Of a stretch of 64,000 bases of DNA, positions 39,993 through 54,945 are shown one piece after another. Within the stretch, counting starts at the first letter, position 1. Each line of letters begins with the position of its first letter. The stretch covers positions 3,720,001 through 3,784,000 of the forward strand of contig NC_043003.1 of the NCBI RefSeq assembly GCF_006345805.1, read 5' to 3'. A program made the position numbers and the translations under genes. This DNA is from Octopus sinensis (lineage: Eukaryota). The notes below the pieces were generated by a model. It made no database searches. It was not told the origin of the DNA and saw nothing but the letters and a program-made list of their open reading frames with translations.

Positions 39993-40747
39993 AAGAGAGA
40001 GAGAATAAGTGAGTCGTAAGTGGGGGTGTAACGCGCACCTTGTCTAAAGATGAGTCAAAAGAATGACAACCTGGTAGTAATTACAAATGGAATATACCAG
40101 AATCCGAAAAGAAATGAAACGAATTATGATGGACGATGGTGTGGTGGTGGTGGCGATGATGATGATGATCTAATACGGTCCATAGTGTTGTGTGGTGATC
40201 TGTGGCGGTGCGTGATGGCGTGAGGTGACGTGTGATGGTGTCCGGTGATTTATAATGATCTGCGATGGCGATTGGTGATTTGAGTTTGCGTATGGCGATC
40301 GCTAGTGGCCCGTGGTGGCCCGTGATGATGTGTAGTGATGATGTGTAGTGCAGTCTATTGGCCCGAGCTGGTTTGCGGGGGATCTATGGTGGGACGTGAT
40401 TGTGTAGGATGGCAAGAGGTCATCTATGGTAGCCCATAATGGTAACTGGAAATCTAATGTGGTCGACTGTGTCCTAAGATAGCCTGCAGAGATTCGTGAT
40501 AATGCTCGGGCACTCTGTAAGGGTCTGTGGTCTTAGTAGAAATTCTGAGTGGTCTTAGTAGAAATTCCGGTCTAGGACCTATCCTACTTGCCAAGATTGA
40601 GACCCTATTATTTACTAGAATCTATTTTCTGGAGTAAGGTCTGTTTTGCCGAGTAGGGTCCGTCCTGGGTTTTTTAAAAATCTTTCTCTCTAACGTTAGA
40701 AATCCCCTTTTACCATTCAACATTCAAACTTAAAAAGAAAATCTAAC

Positions 40748-40792
<45 letters not shown>

Positions 40793-41210
40793 CCTGTGTT
40801 TCTATCGGTACATTTGCATATGTGTAAGTCTGTGTGAAGAGGGAGAGAGCGAAAGGAAGTTGAGAGGAGGTCTCGCCATCATCATCATCATCATCATCAT
40901 CACCAGCACCACTATCACGACAAACACTACATCCACTACACCACCACCACAACCACCACTACAGCCTCCTACCTCTTCTTAGCCACCACTAGACTCACTA
41001 ACAGTACCACCATTACAGGTACTACAGCCACCGCCGACGCCGATACTATCGCCGCCTTTGAATGAATAAACTGGCATATTTATATTATTTACATTCTGAA
41101 CACCCTTTCACACTCATTCATATATATATATATATATATATATATACCTCACATATATGTGTGTATACGCACACACATAATATATACCTCGCATATGTGG
41201 ATGTGCGCGA

Positions 41211-41244
<34 letters not shown>

Positions 41245-41338
41245 TTACAGCGCTTTGTTCTCCTTATCTTTCTCTTTCGTTTTCTTTCTCTCACGTCTCT
41301 CTTTCACCCAAACTCACCGAAATAAAAACCACATCCCA

Positions 41339-41382
<44 letters not shown>

Positions 41383-41425
41383 TAATAATTGTTATAATAA
41401 TTATAATAATTATAAAAATAATAAC

Positions 41426-41458
<33 letters not shown>

Positions 41459-41580
41459 GTGAGAAGGTAAAATATTTTAAATGTTAAATGAAAGTGGCGG
41501 TGTGTGTGTGTGTGTGTAGATGTGTGTGTGTGTGTGTAGATGTGTGTGTGTGTGTGTATGTGTGTGTGTGTAAATGTGAG

Positions 41581-41621
<41 letters not shown>

Positions 41622-41879
41622 GTGTGTGTGTGTGTGTGTGTAGATGTCGGTGAGTAATGAAGGGAATTTCTGAGGCTTAGACATTTCATTGTGGATGAAG
41701 AAGGAAGAATTGTTGAGGCAAAAGACGATCGACCTACCAAGAAAGCGAGTTTTTTCCAAGATTTGGGACTTCCGTTATTGTCCATGGTGGTTATGTAAGA
41801 AAAATCCTGCTAAACTGACGACATCGTTGCCGTGAGGAGACGATGACAGTCAGATGGAAAGAGGAAGGAACAGCGACGA

Positions 41880-42570
41880 CATTGATGCCGGAGAGAGTGA
41901 GTGAGAGAGAGAGAGGGGGGCAGGGAGGAGTATGGAGGAAGAGAGAGTGGGAGGGGAAATGGTGTGAGTGCGTGAAAGGGGAAGAGGAGAAATGGAGGGA
42001 GTGAAATGGGAAGAAAGAGAAAGGGGGAGAGAGAGAGAAAGTGCGTGAAGGGAAAGAGGGAAGGAAAAAGGCCGTAAGACTGTGAAACGAAGAGAGAGGG
42101 AGGGAGAGGGAGAGCGAAAGAAAGTGCGTGAAAAAGAAGACAGAAAAAAGAGGTAGGGGGAAAGAGAGTGGGAGGAAGAGAAAGTGCGTGAAGGGGAAGG
42201 AGTGTGTGTAGGAGTGAGGAGGATGGGAGAGGGAAAGGGGGAGAGAGAGAGAGCGAACACGTCAATGAAGTGAGGTGGAAGGAGAAGTAGAGGGGGAGAG
42301 AGAGAGAAAGAGAGAAGATGAGGGAGGAAAAGAAGAATGGGATAAGAAGACAAAGAGAAAAAGATTAAATTCAATGAGAGAGAAAGAGAGAGAGAGAGAT
42401 TAAATAGAGAGAGGCAGGCAGACAGAGGGGGAGGGAGAGAGAAGAAATGAGCGAGCGGTAGAACGAATAAAGTAGAACGAAGCGAGGAAGCACTTAGCAT
42501 GAGGCAGGGGGGGAGTAGGAGGCGGAGGAGGAAGGGGAGGAAGATAAGATGAGAGAGGGAGAGAGAGGTT
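41880..42570. repeat. Purine-rich (GA) low-complexity tract
   Basis: Direct reading. Confidence 0.9.
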
Positions 42571-43234
42571 GAAGAGTGCAAAAGGAGCTGGTGTAAGGGA
42601 AGATAGGATGGCCACAGCTGGAACGCCTTTCATCTGAGGTCATTGGGGGAGAGGAGAGGCGTTGCGTCGAACAATAACAGCCAAGAGCCAGGTGTATTGA
42701 GTCACACACCATCTTCTCGCGAGGCTGGTTACGCTTGACCTCCCTTCTTGAAGTTGTTATTATTTTGCCAGGCTTCGCGCAACAGACGGTCCAGCCTTGA
42801 CCATCCCGTCTTGTACTAAAACAGTGTACATCTACGACGAACGACGCAGATATGACGACAGCAAGAAATAATTATCTCGCTAATTATTAAAATACCGACA
42901 AATATATACAGATAATGTATATGCATGTGCGTGTATGCGCGCCGTTTATATATATATACACACACGCAGATATATATTCGTTAGTATACAGATACATAAT
43001 ACACACATTTATACACATAATACATATATACAAATAGCTGTTAGCAACACTAAATGAGAAGGGGAGGTAATTTCAAGGGATTACCTCATTAAAGTGCTAA
43101 GGGAAAATAACTCTAATTTACTTCTACGGGAACAGTAACTGCCACCACTGCTGCCACCACCCCACCACTGCCGCCGCCATGTTAATCCCGTTTGTCACTC
43201 AGATTTCTGTCATGGGATCCATTTAAACTTATTG

Positions 43235-43280
<46 letters not shown>

Positions 43281-43427
43281 CTTTAATTACGTTAGTTCTA
43301 ATTATGTAGATTACCTTTCGTCAAGAATGTTCTAAGCTAATGCTCAATATATTAAACTACCCATTACTGTTTACAAATGAGGTGGACAAAGGCTGCCCTG
43401 CTGATGAGGCGTCGCCCACTGTAGGCG

Positions 43428-43745
43428 CGTGGCTACAGTGGCCACGACATTCGGCTCACGATCGAAAGGTTGTCAGTTCGATTCCCGGCTGCGCGTTATG
43501 TCGTTGCGCAACACATTTTATTTACGTTGTGCATCAGTTCACTCAGCTGGCTAAAATGAGTTCAAACTGTATTTCAAAGGGGCCAGCCTTGTCACACTTT
43601 GTGTCACGCTGAATATCCCCGAGAACTATGTTAAGGGTACACGTGTCTGTGGAGTGCTCAGCCACTTGCACATTGATTTCACGATCAGGCTGTTCTGTTG
43701 ATCGGATCAACAGGAACTCGTCGTCGCAATCGACGGAGTACCAGC
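43428..43745 (+). mobile_element. SINE family D
   Basis: gttcgattcccgg B box, cagttcactcagctggctaaaatgag CORE-like segment. Confidence 0.8.
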
Positions 43746-43974
43746 CAATTATAACTGTTCTTCTTAAACATCTTAATTCAACCGTGAAATTGTTCCAAAT
43801 CCCACATTCTTCTTCTTCTTCTTCTTCTTCTTCTTCTTCTTCTTCTTCTTCTTCTTCTTCTTCTTCTTCTTCTTCTTCTTCTTCTTCTTCTTCTTCTTCT
43901 TCTTCTTCGGCGTTTCTAACAATTATTGTTAGTTCTTCCTTATCTATCTTCGAGTATAATTTTGAGAAAGGAAA

Positions 43975-44140
43975 CGGCGCAGGCGTGGCTGTGTGGTAAG
44001 GATCTTACATCCCAACCACATGGTTCCTGGTTCAGTCCCACTGCTTGGCACCTTGGGCAAGTGCCTTCTACTACAACCCCAGGCCGACCAAAGCCTTGTG
44101 AATGGATTTGGTTGACGGAAACTGAAAGAATCCCATTATG
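43975..44140 (+). mobile_element. SINE family A, 5' half
   Basis: ggcgcaggcgtggctgtgtggtaag head. Confidence 0.85.
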
Positions 44141-44149
44141 TGTGTGTGC

Positions 44150-44275
44150 GTGTATAACCAATTCAAATAAACGAATAAAAGCGGACAACATGAGGACGGA
44201 CATAAGAAGTGTATTAGTTTGACGCTCGGTGAAAGGAGACAATTCGACGTTTCGTGCAAAGCTCTTCGTCGGAAA
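44150..44275 (-). mobile_element. HHR mini-element (family M), 5'-truncated at the ribozyme
   Basis: Minus strand: ttc CCGACGA a gagc-ttt-gcac GAAAC GTC gaa, then ccgagcgtcaaactaatacac. Confidence 0.6.
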
Positions 44276-44356
44276 GTACCAGTGAAACACTGGGATCGAT
44301 GTTATCGACTAGCCCCCTCCCCTAAAATTTCAGGCTTTGTGCCTATAGTAGAAAGG

Positions 44357-44399
<43 letters not shown>

Positions 44400-44474
44400 A
44401 TTATTATTATTATTATTAGCATTATTATTATTATTAATTATTATTATTATCATTATCATTATTATTATTATCAC

Positions 44475-44529
<55 letters not shown>

Positions 44530-44532
<3 letters not shown>

Positions 44533-47500
44533 TAGTTTTATTTTTATATGGTGCTTTCACTCCACTACCGAGCGCAGCTCTGTGTGCCTTGGGTATGTGC
44601 TGTGATTTGTTGTGATGCTCTGATGGTTATTGTATGGAAAGTGTTCTGCGTAGGATGTGTGCAGTGCCTAGTAGTGCAATTTTCTGTATGTTATATGCGT
44701 TTGTAAGTCCTGGTGTTTTTGTTATGTATTTGTCTGAATATTTTTTATCATGCCTAATGCACCTACTATGATAGGAATTGTTTCTGTTTTCAGATTCCAC
44801 ATTCTAGTTACCTCTATTTCCAGGTCTTTGTATTTTGAGAGTTTCTCCATTTCTTTTAGAGAAACGTTGTCATCTGCCGGTATTGATACATAAATTAGAA
44901 AGCATTTATTTTCTTCATGATCTCTGACAACTATATCTGGTCTGTTGGCCTTAATTTCTCTATCTGTGTGTATCGGCATATCCCAGAGTATGGTTGCTTT
45001 CTCGTTTTCTGTGACCTTTTCTGGTGTGTGCCTATACCATCTTTTTTCTGTTGTTATTCCATAATGTTGGCATAGCTTCCAATGTATGTAGGTTCCTCTG
45101 TCATGTCTGTGAATATATTCCTTCTTAGCCAGGACTGGGCAGCTAGAGATAATATGATTTATTGTTTCTTGTCCATCTCCACATATTCTGCTGCAGTTAC
45201 TTGTAATATTTCTTTTCATTACATGTTTTGGGTAATTTCTGGTGGGGAGGCTTTGGTCTTGTGCTGCAATTAAAAATCCCTCTGTTTCTGCTTTGTGTCC
45301 TGAGCTTCTAACCATTGCTAGGATTTTTCTTTGTCTATTTCTTTTGCGTTTAGTTTAGTCCAGTATTTACCATGAAGGGCTTTTCTTGCCATCGTTTTAT
45401 CATGGTTCGTTGCTGTTCTATTTTTAGTTTGGATTTCATTTGTTTTATAGCTTTTGTTGTTTTTCTTCTTCTTCTTCTTCTTCTTCTCTTCTTCTTCTTC
45501 TTCTTCTTCTTCTTCTTCTTCTTCTTCTTTCTTCTTCTCTTCTCTTCTTCTTCTTCTTCTTCGTCTATGTTTATTAGGTGGTATGATTTCTTGTTTGTAT
45601 TTGTCAGCTTCCTTAAATACTGAGAACAGGTTTTTGTTTTGCTCGTGTTTTGCCGCTATCTGGATCAGTTTTCCTTCCTTCTGAAGTAGATATTTTTGCA
45701 GTCCTATGGTGGTTATTTTATAGTAGTTTTCCAGCTGTATAAGGCCTCTACCACCTTCTATACGTTGTATATATAGTCTTTCTATGTCAGATTTTGGGTG
45801 ATGCATCCTAGATCCTGTCATTATTTTTCTTGTTTTCCTATCTATTTTGGTCAGTTCATTTCGTGTCCAGTTAAGGATATTGTAGCTGTAACTTATAACT
45901 GGGACAGCTAAAGTGTTGATACCTATTATCTTGTTTTTAGCATTGAGCTCTGTTTTTAGTATTGATCTAACTCGTCTATAATATTCTTTTTTTTATTTTC
46001 TCTTTCATTTGGTGTGTTGTGTCTTATCTAGTTCATGGATTCCTAAGTATTTGTAAGTTTGGCTTTGGTCTAATTCTTTTATTTCATTGGTTTTATCTAG
46101 TGTGATGTTGTTACTCTTAACTAGTTTTCCTCTTTTCATAGTTACTTTGGCGCATTTTTCTAATCCAAATTCATATCTATTTCTTTGGTAAATCCATGAA
46201 CTGTCTTTAATAGTGTTTCCAGCTGTTTGTCATTTGCAGCGTATAGTTTTAGGTCATCCATATATAAAAGGTGGCTGATCGTTTTGCCGTAACATTTACA
46301 TCCGCATCCAGTTCTATTTAGTATATCAGATAGAGGTGACAGTGCCAAGCAGAAAAGGAGTGGAGAGAGCGTGTCTCCCTGGAATATTCCTCTTCTAATG
46401 GGGATGTCTTTGGTTTTCATGAGTCCCTCTTTTGTTTGGAGGTGTAGGACTGTTTGCCATTTATTCATAGAGTGCTCTATGAATTTTATGATTGTGCTGC
46501 TACTTTGTTATGGCTAGTGTTTCGAGGATCCATGTGTGGGGGATGCTATCAAACGCCTTTTTGTAGTCAATCCAGGCCATACTGAGGCCTTTCTTCTTCT
46601 GTGGCTGTCTTCAGTTATGGCTTTATTAATCATTAGTTGATCTTTACAGCCATATGAGCCTTTGCGGCATCCTTTCTGCTCTTCTGGGAACAGTTTGTTT
46701 TCGTCCAGGTGCTTGTTCAGCCTTTGCGATATCACTGCAGTAAATGCCTTGAACATAGTAGGGAGGCAAGTTATTGGTCTGTAGTTTTCTGGTTTTGCTG
46801 TTTCATTTGATTTGGGAATTAAGAGGTTTTCCCCTTCGTGAACCATTCAGGCATTGTCTCTGGCTCTGCTAGTATGTTGTTAAAGTTTTCAGCCAGCTTT
46901 TTGTGCATTCCTGTTAGATATTTCAACCAGAAGTTGGGGATCTTGTCATGCCCAGGTGCCTTCCAGTTGCTTAGTCTTTGCAGTGCCTGGGTGACCTCTT
47001 CAGTTGTTATGGGGGTCCAAAGTTGTTCAGATGCCGAGTTTGTATTTTGATACTCCTTTTTTTTGTTGTTCGTTCGCCGACCATATTTCTCTCCAGAATT
47101 CTTCCAATTCTTCTGCCGTTGGTGCTGCAGTGACTTCTATTTTATTTTTGCCCAGTTCTTGGTAGAACTTTTTGGGGTTGGAGTTGAACTTTTTGTTCTG
47201 TTCAAAGAAGCGTTGGCGTTTCTCGTACCGGCGGATCCTTTGTGCTTTGGCAAGGATATCTTGCTTCAGCTTTTCTTTTATCTCAGGCAAATCTTTCTCT
47301 GTGATGTTATATTTGCGGAGTATTTTTGTTCTCTTTTTGTTGCTCAGTAGCGTTGATTGTTTGCTGATTTCATTAAGAATCGACAGGTCTTTTCTAATTT
47401 TTTAAATTTTGTTTTGGATGTTATTTATCCACAGGGTTTGTTTGGGTGGTGGTACTCCTGTTTGGGCGGGTTTGGGTGAGTATCCAGCTTCTTTTGTGGC

Positions 47501-47640
47501 TGCAGTGGCTGCTGCGTATATTAAGTCATTTAGCTCAGTGATATCACTTTTTTTTTGTTTCAGTGGCTAGTTCAGTGACGGCTAGGTTTATGCTGTTTAT
47601 AATTGGTGTTGTTATTTCGTTTATTTTGATTCTTGGGAGG
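44530..47640 (-). mobile_element. R4/Dong-type RLE non-LTR retrotransposon, 5'-truncated, inserted in (AAT)n
   Basis: NYRPITCLPTM, EQKGCRKGSYGCKDQL, RGIFQGDTLSPLLF, HLLYMDDLKLY, CCHC knuckle, RHD, RPDIVV..KYKDL RLE, 3'UTR then (AAT)n; frameshifted. Confidence 0.92.
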
Positions 47641-47663
47641 TTATTATTATTATTATTATTATT

Positions 47664-48794
<1,131 letters not shown>

Positions 48795-48795
<1 letters not shown>

Positions 48796-49120
48796 CTTTC
48801 AAATTTTGGCAGAAGGCCAGCAATTTCGCGGCTGGAGCTAAGTCGATTACTTATTTTATCGATCCCGATAAGATGAAAAGGAAGGTTGACCTCAGCAGAA
48901 TTTGAACTCAGAACGTAAAGACAGACGAAATGTCGCTAAGCCATACTCACAATACTACCAGTTAACCGCTTATTAATGGTGTTGTGTGTGTGTGTGTGTT
49001 GGAGCGATGTGTTTGGCAGAATCGTTAAAGCGTCGGGCAATATCCCTTGTATTATTTGTTTTGGCTCTTTGTGTTCTGAGTTCAAATCGTTTCAAGGGTA
49101 AACCTTGCCTTTCGTATTTT
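48795..49120. mobile_element. Two SINE family B fragments (minus 48795-48942, plus about 49010-49120)
   Basis: Head and core similarity. Confidence 0.7.
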
Positions 49121-49234
49121 CGTTTTCTATTCTCAGGTCTGGACCCAGATTTACTTTTGTTTGTTCGTCGGTGCAGTTATTGCCAATAAGATTTAGTAGA
49201 TGCAACGAGTTAGTCAGTGACTGCCGTTGATAAA

Positions 49235-49880
49235 GATTTCGAATTTTGACACAAGGCCGGCAATTTCGTGTGGAAGGGTAAGTCGATTTGATCGACCCCG
49301 GTGTTCAAATGGTACTTATTTTATAGACCTTCAAAGGATGAAAGGCGAAGTCGACTTTGGCAGAATTTGAATTCAAGGCATGAAGACGGACGAAATGTCG
49401 CTAAGCATTTGGTCCGGCATACAAACGATTCTTATTTCTTTATTGCCCACAAGGGGCTAAACATAGAGGGGACAAACAAGGACAGACAAAGGGATTAAGT
49501 CAATTACATCGACCCAGTGCGCAACTGGTACTTAATTTATCGACCCCGAAAAGATGAAAGGCAAAGTCGACCTCGGCGGAATTTGAACTCAGAACGTAAC
49601 GGCAGACGAAATACCGCTAAGCATTTCGCTCGGCGTGCTAACATTTCTTATTTCTTTATTGCCCACAAGGGGCTAAACATAGAGGGGGCAAACAAGGACA
49701 GAAAAACGGATTAAGTCAATTACATAGACCTAGTGCGTAACTGGTACTTAATTTATCGACCCCGAAAGGATGAAAGGCAAAGTCGACCTCGGCGGAATTT
49801 GAACTCAGAACGTAACGGCAGACGAAATACTGCTAAGCATTTCGCTCGGCGTGCTAACGTTTCTGCCAGCTTGCTGCCCT
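49235..49880 (-). mobile_element. SINE family B trimer
   Basis: Three head+core monomers joined by the same ~65-nt linker. Confidence 0.85.
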
Positions 49881-50025
49881 GATTGCCGTTAAGAATAGCA
49901 CAATTTTACTGCAGTTAAGACCTGCAGCTGATTGGTTGCTGTTAGTGACTGCAAAGAAAGCCTATTTCAACAGTTACAATCAGTTACAATAGTTGGTGAC
50001 CGATTGCGGTTGCTAGTATTTCATT

Positions 50026-50268
50026 AAGGCGGCGAGCTGGCAGAAACGTTAGCACACCGGGCGAAATGCGTAGCAGTATTTCGTCTGCCGTTACGTTCCG
50101 AGTTCAAATTCCGCCGAGGTAGACTTTGCCTTTCATCCTTTCGGGGTCGATTAAATAAGTACCAGTTACGCACTGGGGTCGATATAAAACGACTTAATCC
50201 GTTTGTCTGTCCTTGTTTGTCCTCTCTGTGTTTAGCCCCTTGTGGGTAGTAAAGAAATAAGTATTTCA
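50026..50268 (+). mobile_element. SINE family B monomer plus linker
   Basis: aaggcggcgagctggcagaaacgttagc head; ends aaagaaataagtatttc. Confidence 0.85.
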
Positions 50269-50659
50269 TTATGAAATTGTGTTTAGCGACTGGTGTTGCT
50301 GAACAGCTCAGTTAACGCCAGTTGCTGTTTCACTGATTGAAGAAATGTTTTAGCAGATCGAAGCGGACGTACAAGTATTTAGGGGGGAGATAAAGAAGTA
50401 TTTTGAGGGGAATTGTGTTCGGTGTGAAGGATGCGCAAATGTTTGGATTTGATGGTTCAGACTGGAAATGGTTCTTGTTGAGTTTTACACATCATTGAGA
50501 TGATGGCTTGAGTGGACGCCAACAAAATCCAGGGGATAAAAGGGTTTTTTTTTGGGGGGGGGGCAAGGTGTAGGGGACAGCAGACTGTGGTGCTGTGGGA
50601 TTACTCCCAGTGAGACACATTAATGATTTAGGGACAGGTTTGGCGATATTTGTGGTTCT

Positions 50660-50844
50660 TGTATGTATGTATGTATGTATGTATGTATGTATGTATGTAT
50701 TATGTATGTATGTATGTATGCATGTATGTATGTATGTGTGTGTGTATGTGCGTATGTATGTATGTATGTATGTATGTATGTATGTATGTGTGTATGTATG
50801 TATGTGTATATGTATGTATGTGCGTATGTATGTATGTATGTATG

Positions 50845-50878
<34 letters not shown>

Positions 50879-51245
50879 TGTGCGTATGTATGTATGTGCG
50901 TATGTATGTATGTATGTATGTATGTATGTATGTATGTATGTATGTATGTATGTGCGTATGTATGTATGTGCGTATGTATGTATGTATGTATGTATGTATG
51001 TATGTATGTGCGTATGTATGTATGTGCGTATGTATGTATGTATGTATGTATGTATGTATGTATGTGCGTATGTATGTATGTATGTATGTATGTGCGTATG
51101 TATGTATGTGCGTATGTATGTGTATATGTATGTGTATGTGTGTATGTATGTATGTATGTATGTATGTACGTACGTACGTATGTGTGTATGTATGTATGTG
51201 TGAATGTATGTATGTATGTGTGTATGTATGTGTATATGTGTGTGT
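50660..51245. repeat. (ATGT)n microsatellite
   Basis: Direct reading. Confidence 0.95.
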
Positions 51246-51849
51246 AATTTTGTATGTTTTTCTTTGAATTTTATCACGTTCTCTTAAGAGAGTTGAAGCC
51301 GGTCGCTAAGAAAGCGACAAATATTTTTTTTCAGTCAAGAGATTCCGCGGTGTTTGTAAACATTTGGTTGAACTGGTGTGTTTGAGCTGCCGCCTAAAGA
51401 ATCTCAGATGGAAAGCCTTTGGAATGTCTTGAAAATTTGTATGTATGCACGTACATACGTACGCGCACACACACACGCACACACACATATATATGCATAC
51501 ATACATGGTGGCTGCCCCCTCGTTATCGAGTATGGCCATTGCGCGAAGCTTAATCAATGTTGTTATCGTGCAATGTGAGGAAAGGCTGTGCACTGAGTCA
51601 ATCCCACTCACTAAGCAACAGCAGCCATAATCCGAAAAGAAGAACAAGTCAACATCATCGGTAACCACTGAGCCGCAGGTTTTATGGCGGAGTTATCCCA
51701 GTTACCCGAGTTACCTTCTCCTGAACATAAAGATTACGGTTGCAGTTGAGAAAACGTTAGGTGACATGGGGATGGGGGACTGGAAGCTACCTGGATATCG
51801 GAAAAGACTTACCTGTAACACGATAATTCGCCCCAGGTACTAAAATGCC

Positions 51850-52620
51850 TGTATCATGACTGCTGTTCAATGTTCTGTGAAGACCGCAAAGGCTGTGAGA
51901 CACGACATGGACAGCTGCAACGGAGACTACAAAGCTTTAGCTAGCAGGAAGGGACCCAGCAGGAAGGTTGTGACTACGTCCGCACGCCAGGATTCCTTCA
52001 ATGACCGATGAACAGGGACCTAGGCACAATTCAGACGACTATGTCAAGCTGCTGGAGACTGTGGTCACTTCCTGGCAAGAGAGGGTTTCTGCTGGAAGAC
52101 CACACATGTGTGGCAGCAGGGTTCGCTTCCTCGCTATACTTCAGGAAAGGGAATTTGTCGGGGAATTTCTACAACATCATCCTCATCATCCCTAATTTCC
52201 AGCCTCCTAATTCCCCCGATTGTAATCTCATTGATTACCATGTGTGGACACCAACTACTCTACCTACAGCACTAAGGCCAAGCTGGTGACCAAGATCAAG
52301 GAGGCTTTCCAAGATCTTCTCAAGGACACAGTAATGAGAACTGCATGCACCAGATTCTGGAGTTGGTCGAAATGCTGAGCGGTATTTTACCCGTCGCTAC
52401 GTTTTGGGTTTAACTTCCGCCGAGGTCGACTTTGCCTTTCAACCTTTCGGGGCCGGTAAATTAAGTATAAGTGAAACACTGGGGTCGATGTAATCGACTC
52501 ATCCTCTCTCCACAAATTTCAGGCCTTGTGAATATAGTAGAAAGGTTCTGGAGCTGTCTTCAGGTTGTGGCCGAAGTTGAGGCTGACTGCTTTCAGTCTA
52601 TTGCTATTTCTCAGCGTTAA
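51850..52620 (+). pseudogene. DD37D (maT) transposase remnant, internally deleted, interrupted by a SINE B at about 52370-52525
   Basis: NSDDYVKLLETVV..W..RVSAGRP, PNFQPPNSPDCNLIDYHVW. Confidence 0.75.
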
Positions 52621-52659
52621 TTTAGTTGACACTTTCTGACTTTCTTTTAAATATTTTTT

Positions 52660-53900
52660 TTCCGAAGGGGTATTGTGTTTTTTTTCCTATTATGCAAACT
52701 GTCAAATTTAACCCGAACACCCTGTATACAGGCATTAACGTAGCATCCGACCACCCACCCTCGATTATACGGGGATTATTTAAGAATATTTCTACAAGAA
52801 TTTCTAGATTATCCGCTAATAATAAAATTTTTGAATCTACTTCAACTTATTATAATGCTGCTCTAGCTTGGGCTGGGTACCGTGAAAAAATTCAATATAT
52901 ACAAGAAGCAGGCATATACAACACTGGTAATTCCTGAAATTGTTATGCATCTTGTACACCAACAAAACGTCACGGTTTGAGAATATAGGCCAGGAAGAAT
53001 TGGTCATAAACACACGCGACATCCAGCTGCTTGTTCCAATCCTCTACAACACACTCCATCAAGTAAGCCTAACAACAGATATAGGAATCAGGATGTCCAT
53101 TGGTTCAACCAGATTTTCGGTTCGCATGTTTCAACCAAGATCGCTGGAAAATCTTTTGCTGGTTTGGGCAATAGTTTTCCTAAATCTAATCAGTATCAAT
53201 GCTGTTTTTAATCAACACACCATGAAGGTATCCTATGCCAACTCTGCTAATTTAGAGCAGCTTATGCATCGCATAAACAATAGCAAAATGCGGCAAAGGT
53301 TCAATAACCCACCTACTGGATCTAGCAAACATGCATCTAAGTACCAACCAAGAAGATATAAACCGCAATGATAAACACCAACTACGACCAATTTGTAGTA
53401 GTAGAAATACTTATGATACAGCTAACACGGTAACAACGTCGGTAAATGGAGTCGGGACTGCCTTATATACAAATAAAGCGATAAATGCTCATGCAGAGAA
53501 AAATCAAAATGTCCTTTGATGAATCTCTGTATTAGTACAAATGTTGTACATAAATGCACCGTGCACGCAAGGGGAGGGCCGCATGTTTATATTGGGCAAA
53601 TGGCTGATTCATTTAAAGAATCGTTATAGTAACCATGTCGCCAGCTTTAAGACAATCAATAAAAGACATTCAACATTTTGGCAGATTTTGTATGACGACT
53701 AAAGGAGGATAAACTGAAGTACAGCTTAACTTGGTCCATAGTAACGCACGCGAAACCATACAATATAATTTTCAGGAGATGCCGTCTCTGCTCTGAGGCA
53801 TCCCTGTTTATTCTGTGGACTAATTAGAAGATCATTAACAGGATTTCTGAACAAATCCCAAGATGCCTACACGCATATAAATGTACTTTCGCACACTGCA
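52660..53900 (+). pseudogene. Penelope-like element (Neptune-type) RT C-terminus plus GIY-YIG, degraded
   Basis: INVASDHPPSII..ISRLSAN..YNAAL..GY, WFNQ..KVSY, KCPLMNLC..VVHKC..VYIGQ..RYSNHVASF, CRLC. Confidence 0.85.
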
Positions 53901-54184
53901 GTGCGAATGACTTTTGAGTAACCGTTAACATAATTCAATTTAGTTTAAGGTACGGATGACTTAAGTTTACTTTTAACCTCCCCATTCGAACTCGCTTTGT
54001 GATCATCAGTTCACTAAACCTCACGTGTGCATATACCCAAATTTTAGCGGATGGCTGTATGAGCGAGTGTACCCGCGCCATGCAGCTTCTCCGAGGGCGT
54101 TTTTACATCCATTTTTGCTAACGGTTATTTTTTTATACTTTTCTCGATGGATTGCGTGTTCGTTTCTCTTTTTTTCTCCATCTC

Positions 54185-54390
54185 TTTTACTCTCTTGTTT
54201 CAGTCATCTGACTGCGCCATACTGGAGCACCGCCTTTAGTCGAACAAATCGACCCCAAGACTTATTCTCTGTAAGTCTTGTACTGATTGCATCGGTGTCT
54301 TTTGCCGGACCGCTAAGTTACGGGGACGTAAACGCACAAACATAGGTTGTCAAGCGATGGTGGGGGGATAAACACAGACACACAAACATA
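54185..54390 (-). mobile_element. SINE family A, 3' half
   Basis: Reverse complement of the family A tail. Confidence 0.8.
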
Positions 54391-54430
54391 TACATACACG
54401 CATACAAACATACATATATAAATATGTATG

Positions 54431-54570
<140 letters not shown>

Positions 54571-54579
54571 ATATATATA

Positions 54580-54665
<86 letters not shown>

Positions 54666-54739
54666 TGTGGTTTTATTTTTGATCTTCTAAACGAGAAGTT
54701 ACATTGTGGAACTGTTATTTTAACGAGTTGTATTTATTT

Positions 54740-54845
54740 ATCACCCGATGAGATACACCTGCACGGCCGGATGCTTCTGAACCAGTTGTTGAGTGTCCCA
54801 CCCATGAAAGAACGATGCTAGATGTGTCGAAACAATTGTCGTGAT
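54740..54845 (+). ncRNA. Type I hammerhead with long loop 2 and U4C core change
   Basis: atcac CCGATGA gataca-(about 65 nt)-tgtgtc GAAAC AATT GTC gtgat. Confidence 0.65.
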
Positions 54846-54881
54846 TAATAATAAATTCTCGTACATTCCATCTTCCGTCCT

Positions 54882-54914
<33 letters not shown>

Positions 54915-54945
54915 GTATGTATATGTATATATATGTATATGTATA

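Noticed and set aside
40130-40570. G/T-rich degenerate repeats (gtgatg, gtggccc) and an 18-bp direct repeat
   Set aside because: Low complexity, no ORF or defined unit, no supportable function
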